Origin: Eledone cirrhosa
Taxonomy: Eukaryota
Length of the DNA stretch: 64,000 bases
Reading direction: 5' to 3'
Assembly: GCA_964016885.1 (NCBI GenBank)
Contig: OZ024748.1
Coordinates: 50,282,001 to 50,346,000, forward strand
Positions 58,556 through 64,000 of the stretch are shown piece by piece. A model generated the notes under the pieces. It was not told the origin of the DNA. It saw only the letters and a program-made list of their open reading frames with translations, and ran no database searches. A program made the position numbers and the translations under genes. The first letter of the stretch is position 1, and each line of letters opens with the position of its first letter.

Positions 58556-58669
58556 ATACATATATATAAATCTATATGTATATATAGATATCTATGCGTT
58601 TCTTTGTACGTTTATATATATATATCACAAACACACGCATATATATCTAATATATATTATATACCTATA

Positions 58670-58800
58670 CAAATCCCGCCGAGTTTTTACTTTGCCTTTC
58701 ATCCCTAAGGGGTCGATAAAATAAAGTACCAGTAATACACTGTAATACCAGTAATACACTGGGTAATAGCTGGCCTTGTGCCAAAAGTTGAAACAATTAT
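58670..58800 (+). mobile_element. SINE S1 3' part
   Basis: aaatcccgccgag...actttgcctttcatccctaaggggtcgataaaataaagtaccag...ccttgtgccaaaagttgaaacaattat. Confidence 0.85.
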
Positions 58801-58816
58801 ATATGTATACAAATAT

Positions 58817-58995
<179 letters not shown>

Positions 58996-59312
58996 CTTTG
59001 AAATTACATAATATGTCACGTAGCTCAATAGCTTTAATTGAAATGGTTTAAATATTTGTAAAAAAAATTGACTCTCACTAGACAAATTCTGTTTCTTTCT
59101 CTAAACAATCAACTCACTATATCTTAATGTAGGAAACCGAATGAGCATTGCCTAATTCTCTTATTTTGAATTAAAATAGAAATATATCCATTTCTTGTAG
59201 ATATCCACCGTGATATATGATAGAATGGTAAAAACTGTTTGTCACAAACACATAGTTCGCCCAGAGAAACTTCCATAGGTAGATAGATATAAATATATAT
59301 ATATATATATAT

Positions 59313-59343
<31 letters not shown>

Positions 59344-59360
59344 TAAATATATATATATAT

Positions 59361-59391
<31 letters not shown>

Positions 59392-59661
59392 CATAGATAC
59401 ATAGATACATATATATATATATATATATACACATACATATATACATAGATACATACATTAATGCATACGTACATACTTGTATAATACATTCATTAATACA
59501 TACAAACATATTGAAATACATATACATACATGCATACAAAACATACATACATACATTTATACATATATACATGTATATATGTATGTATGTATGTAAGCAT
59601 GTGTGTATGTCTGTATATATGTATGTTTATATATATGTTTGTGTATGTGTGTTTGTGTGTG

Positions 59662-59744
<83 letters not shown>

Positions 59745-60262
59745 TGAACTACTTGTTCTCGTGCACAACACATTCACAGGCCGGCTGGCAACACCAAACA
59801 CACTGAGGCAGACAAATTCAAGAGCCGCACATTTTATGCAGCATGTTGTATTTATGAGCAAACGCGCACTCAATACATACGACACAGAATCTCACACTGA
59901 CAAACACGCACACACACACACAAACACACACACACACACACATATATATCTATATATAAACACACACACAGATACACAGAGAAGGAGTATAGTGTGAGAC
60001 TGGCACATAGTTATGGACAGAAGCAGGCATACAGCATAGTGCATGGCAGGTCTGTGTCGGGTTAAACAGGGAGCAGTCTGCATGAAGCAGGGACAGTAGA
60101 TATATACATGCTTATATGCATATGTACGTACATAATATATATATGTATATATATATATATATTGTGCAATCATATATGTATGTATGAATGTATGTATGTA
60201 TGTATGTATGTAAGTATGTATGTATGTATGTAAGTATGTATGTATGTACGTATGAACGTATG

Positions 60263-60316
<54 letters not shown>

Positions 60317-60337
60317 TATAATTATATGTACCTTATA

Positions 60338-60384
<47 letters not shown>

Positions 60385-60445
60385 TTGTGTGTCTGTGTCT
60401 GTGTGTGTATAAATATATATATAAATATAAGTATAGATATGAAGG

Positions 60446-60504
<59 letters not shown>

Positions 60505-60586
60505 AGAAAGCTAGAACACGTATAGAGGAGAAAATATAAGTAGAGGGCAAGAGAGAGAGAGAGAGAGGGCAAGAGAGAGAGAGAGA

Positions 60587-60656
<70 letters not shown>

Positions 60657-61024
60657 AGAGAGAGAGAGATGGTGTGGGTGTCGTCTGTTTGGGAGGGAGA
60701 GAAATCTGAAAGATATGCAGCTCGGAATGGAATGTCTGCTGAATGAAGTGGACAGACATAGCTGACCGCTTAGTCAAAATAGACTCGAGCGCCATCTATT
60801 GTTAGCGCTGGCGTTTCAACCTCCATTACTCCGAAATGCTGCACCATCACGACCAGCTCAGACTCCACAATCACCGACACCACCACCACCATCATCATTA
60901 AAGGTAGACAATATGAGGATACACGGGGTGTGGGGGGATGTGGTGTTGTAGTGGTGGTAAAAACTGTTGTTGACACGTCATCCATCTCATTCATGCTTAT
61001 GCATGGCATGGTATATATACACAC

Positions 61025-61057
<33 letters not shown>

Positions 61058-61098
61058 TATATATATATATATACACACATATATATATATATATATAT

Positions 61099-61143
<45 letters not shown>

Positions 61144-61272
61144 TATATATATATACACACTAATATATATATATATATATAAGTAAACATACATGCAGAT
61201 ATAAATAAAAATACACTATATATATATATATATGTGTGTGGTGGTGGTGGTGGGAGGGGGGGGCTTGTGGAT

Positions 61273-61304
<32 letters not shown>

Positions 61305-61618
61305 TATCTACATACATGTTTATATGCATATGTATATAAATATAGGTATATATATATTCATATATGTATACGTATTTCTATATAAATATATTAATAGCTA
61401 TACATACATATATGGATATATATATATTTACATATCTTATATAATATATTATATATTATATATTATATATATATATATATATATAATATAATTATATATA
61501 TATGTATATATATGTGTGTGTATATATATATATATGTATATATATGTATACATATGTATGTATATATATGCATATATTTATATATATATATTATCATATA
61601 TTCCATCATACACATAAG

Positions 61619-61654
<36 letters not shown>

Positions 61655-62004
61655 CTTATATATGTGTAAATAATGTTACATATATATAACATATATATAT
61701 AGTGTAGATTATAGAGAGAGAGAGAGAGAGAGAGTGGGGAGAAGGAGAGAGACTGAGTAAGTTCTATATGGTATGTATACGTATGTAGGTGTTCTTGTTT
61801 CTGTGTGTAGATATATATATGTATATATGGTCCCTTAGGTACAGGGCCAATTAAATAAACCACTCGACCTCTTTATATTACTGGTAATTATTTTATCGCC
61901 ATTGGAAGAATAAATGTCTGAGATGAACCTGGCGTCTGAACCCCTTTTTTGTGTATGTATCTAGTGAAAATATGTATATTATATAATTACACACGAAATC
62001 GTGC

Positions 62005-62094
<90 letters not shown>

Positions 62095-62266
62095 ATGTAT
62101 GATTTCATGTATATGTGTATATACATAACTTCAAATATAGATATCTATATAAATTTATGTATCCATCTATATATATATACATATATATATAGATGGATAC
62201 ATATATAAACTTATCTATCTATCTAAAAATATATATATATATATATGTGTATATATATTTATATAT

Positions 62267-62297
<31 letters not shown>

Positions 62298-62473
62298 CAG
62301 ACATATATATACGCCCACACAAACACACACAATCAAAAATATAATATATATATATATACTTATATGTGTATATATAAATATACATATATATCAATATACA
62401 CACACACACCTATATATACACATACGTTTTATTTATATACCTATCCAACTTTGTCACCCCTTATTTATATATG

Positions 62474-62507
<34 letters not shown>

Positions 62508-62542
62508 AATATATATATATAATTATATATATATATATATAA

Positions 62543-62607
<65 letters not shown>

Positions 62608-62612
62608 CACAC

Positions 62613-62687
<75 letters not shown>

Positions 62688-63063
62688 ATTATATATATAT
62701 TCAAACACGCGGTGACGTTTACAGATAATGTGGTATAGTCAGGTATGTGAAAATCTATGAAGTAATAAACTTATGGCAAATGAAAAATTCTGCTGCCCTA
62801 CCTCTACGCCATTATAACCAACACAATTCTCATTATTTCATAGATATATAACTAAACTTGCTTCACAGCCATAGTTATGGGCCTGACTGTATATATAAGA
62901 AACATTTGGAGTTAAAGGCGATTATGTTAACATGTCTCTTATATATATATATATATATATGTATGTATATATATATATATATACATATATGTATATATAT
63001 ATATTTGCTAGCATTGATATGCATCTGTATGTATATATATATATGTTACTAGATATTAATTCT

Positions 63064-63207
<144 letters not shown>

Positions 63208-63231
63208 GTATATGCATATATATATATAATT

Positions 63232-63274
<43 letters not shown>

Positions 63275-63339
63275 TATATATATGTATATATAAATATATA
63301 TGTATATATATATATATATATATATACACATTTATATGA

Positions 63340-63372
<33 letters not shown>

Positions 63373-63451
63373 CATCTAAAAACCTATAGACATACATTTT
63401 GTGTGCGTACGTACAAACACACATAGATACATCTTTATATCTGTATGCATT

Positions 63452-63544
<93 letters not shown>

Positions 63545-64000
63545 GTATATATAGAGAGAGTTAGATAGATAGATCTATATATATATATATAGATGCATGT
63601 ATATATGCCCCTATGTACATTCAAGGAAATATGTATATACTTTCTTTCAAACACACACAGCCACCTAAACATATATATTTACAAGTTCACGCATTCCCTT
63701 CTCTTCTCTCTCCTCCCTTGCACTCTTATTCTCTCTTATTTCTCCCCTATTGCATACTTTCTCTCCCCTTTTCACCTCATCTCTTTCTCTATCTCTTTGT
63801 AAGAACGTGACTTTGCTCATCACTGGAATCTCTCAACATCAATTGCTTAGTGTTCTCTTGACTCCAATGGATTTTCTTATTGTCTCATCTCCCAATGGCC
63901 AACCTCTCACATGTGATTACTCTATATTTGTATTAAGCAATATATATTAGCCACATAATTGACCAACTGACGTGTAAATCTCTCCGGCCAGTGGCCTTGC

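Overview
This is non-coding eukaryotic DNA with no supportable host gene. It is dominated by (TA)n, (CA)n, (CT)n, tri-/tetranucleotide microsatellites and several minisatellites, which explain almost every ORF in the track. The repeat content resembles a cephalopod (Octopus-like) genome; this is an inference from recalled SINE motifs. Real coding remnants are limited to three: a Penelope-like element (PLE) RT C-terminal fragment (24350-24733, -), a CRE-clade zinc-knuckle/restriction-like endonuclease fragment (24948-25650, +) and 3' ends of a Tx1/L1-like LINE, one of which carries a ~110-fold expansion of a 27-bp segment. The main hidden structure is a set of short, (TA)n-embedded, palindromic elements from at least three sequence families (called A, B and D here). 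They carry type I hammerhead ribozyme (HHR) motifs, often on both strands, and share a covarying ACTC-stem-loop-stem-TT-GAGT hairpin downstream. A tRNA-headed element (C) shows the same palindromic, TA-embedded architecture. Together these suggest a PLE-driven system of ribozyme-bearing non-autonomous retroelements. All calls were made by eye; no folding or database search was run.
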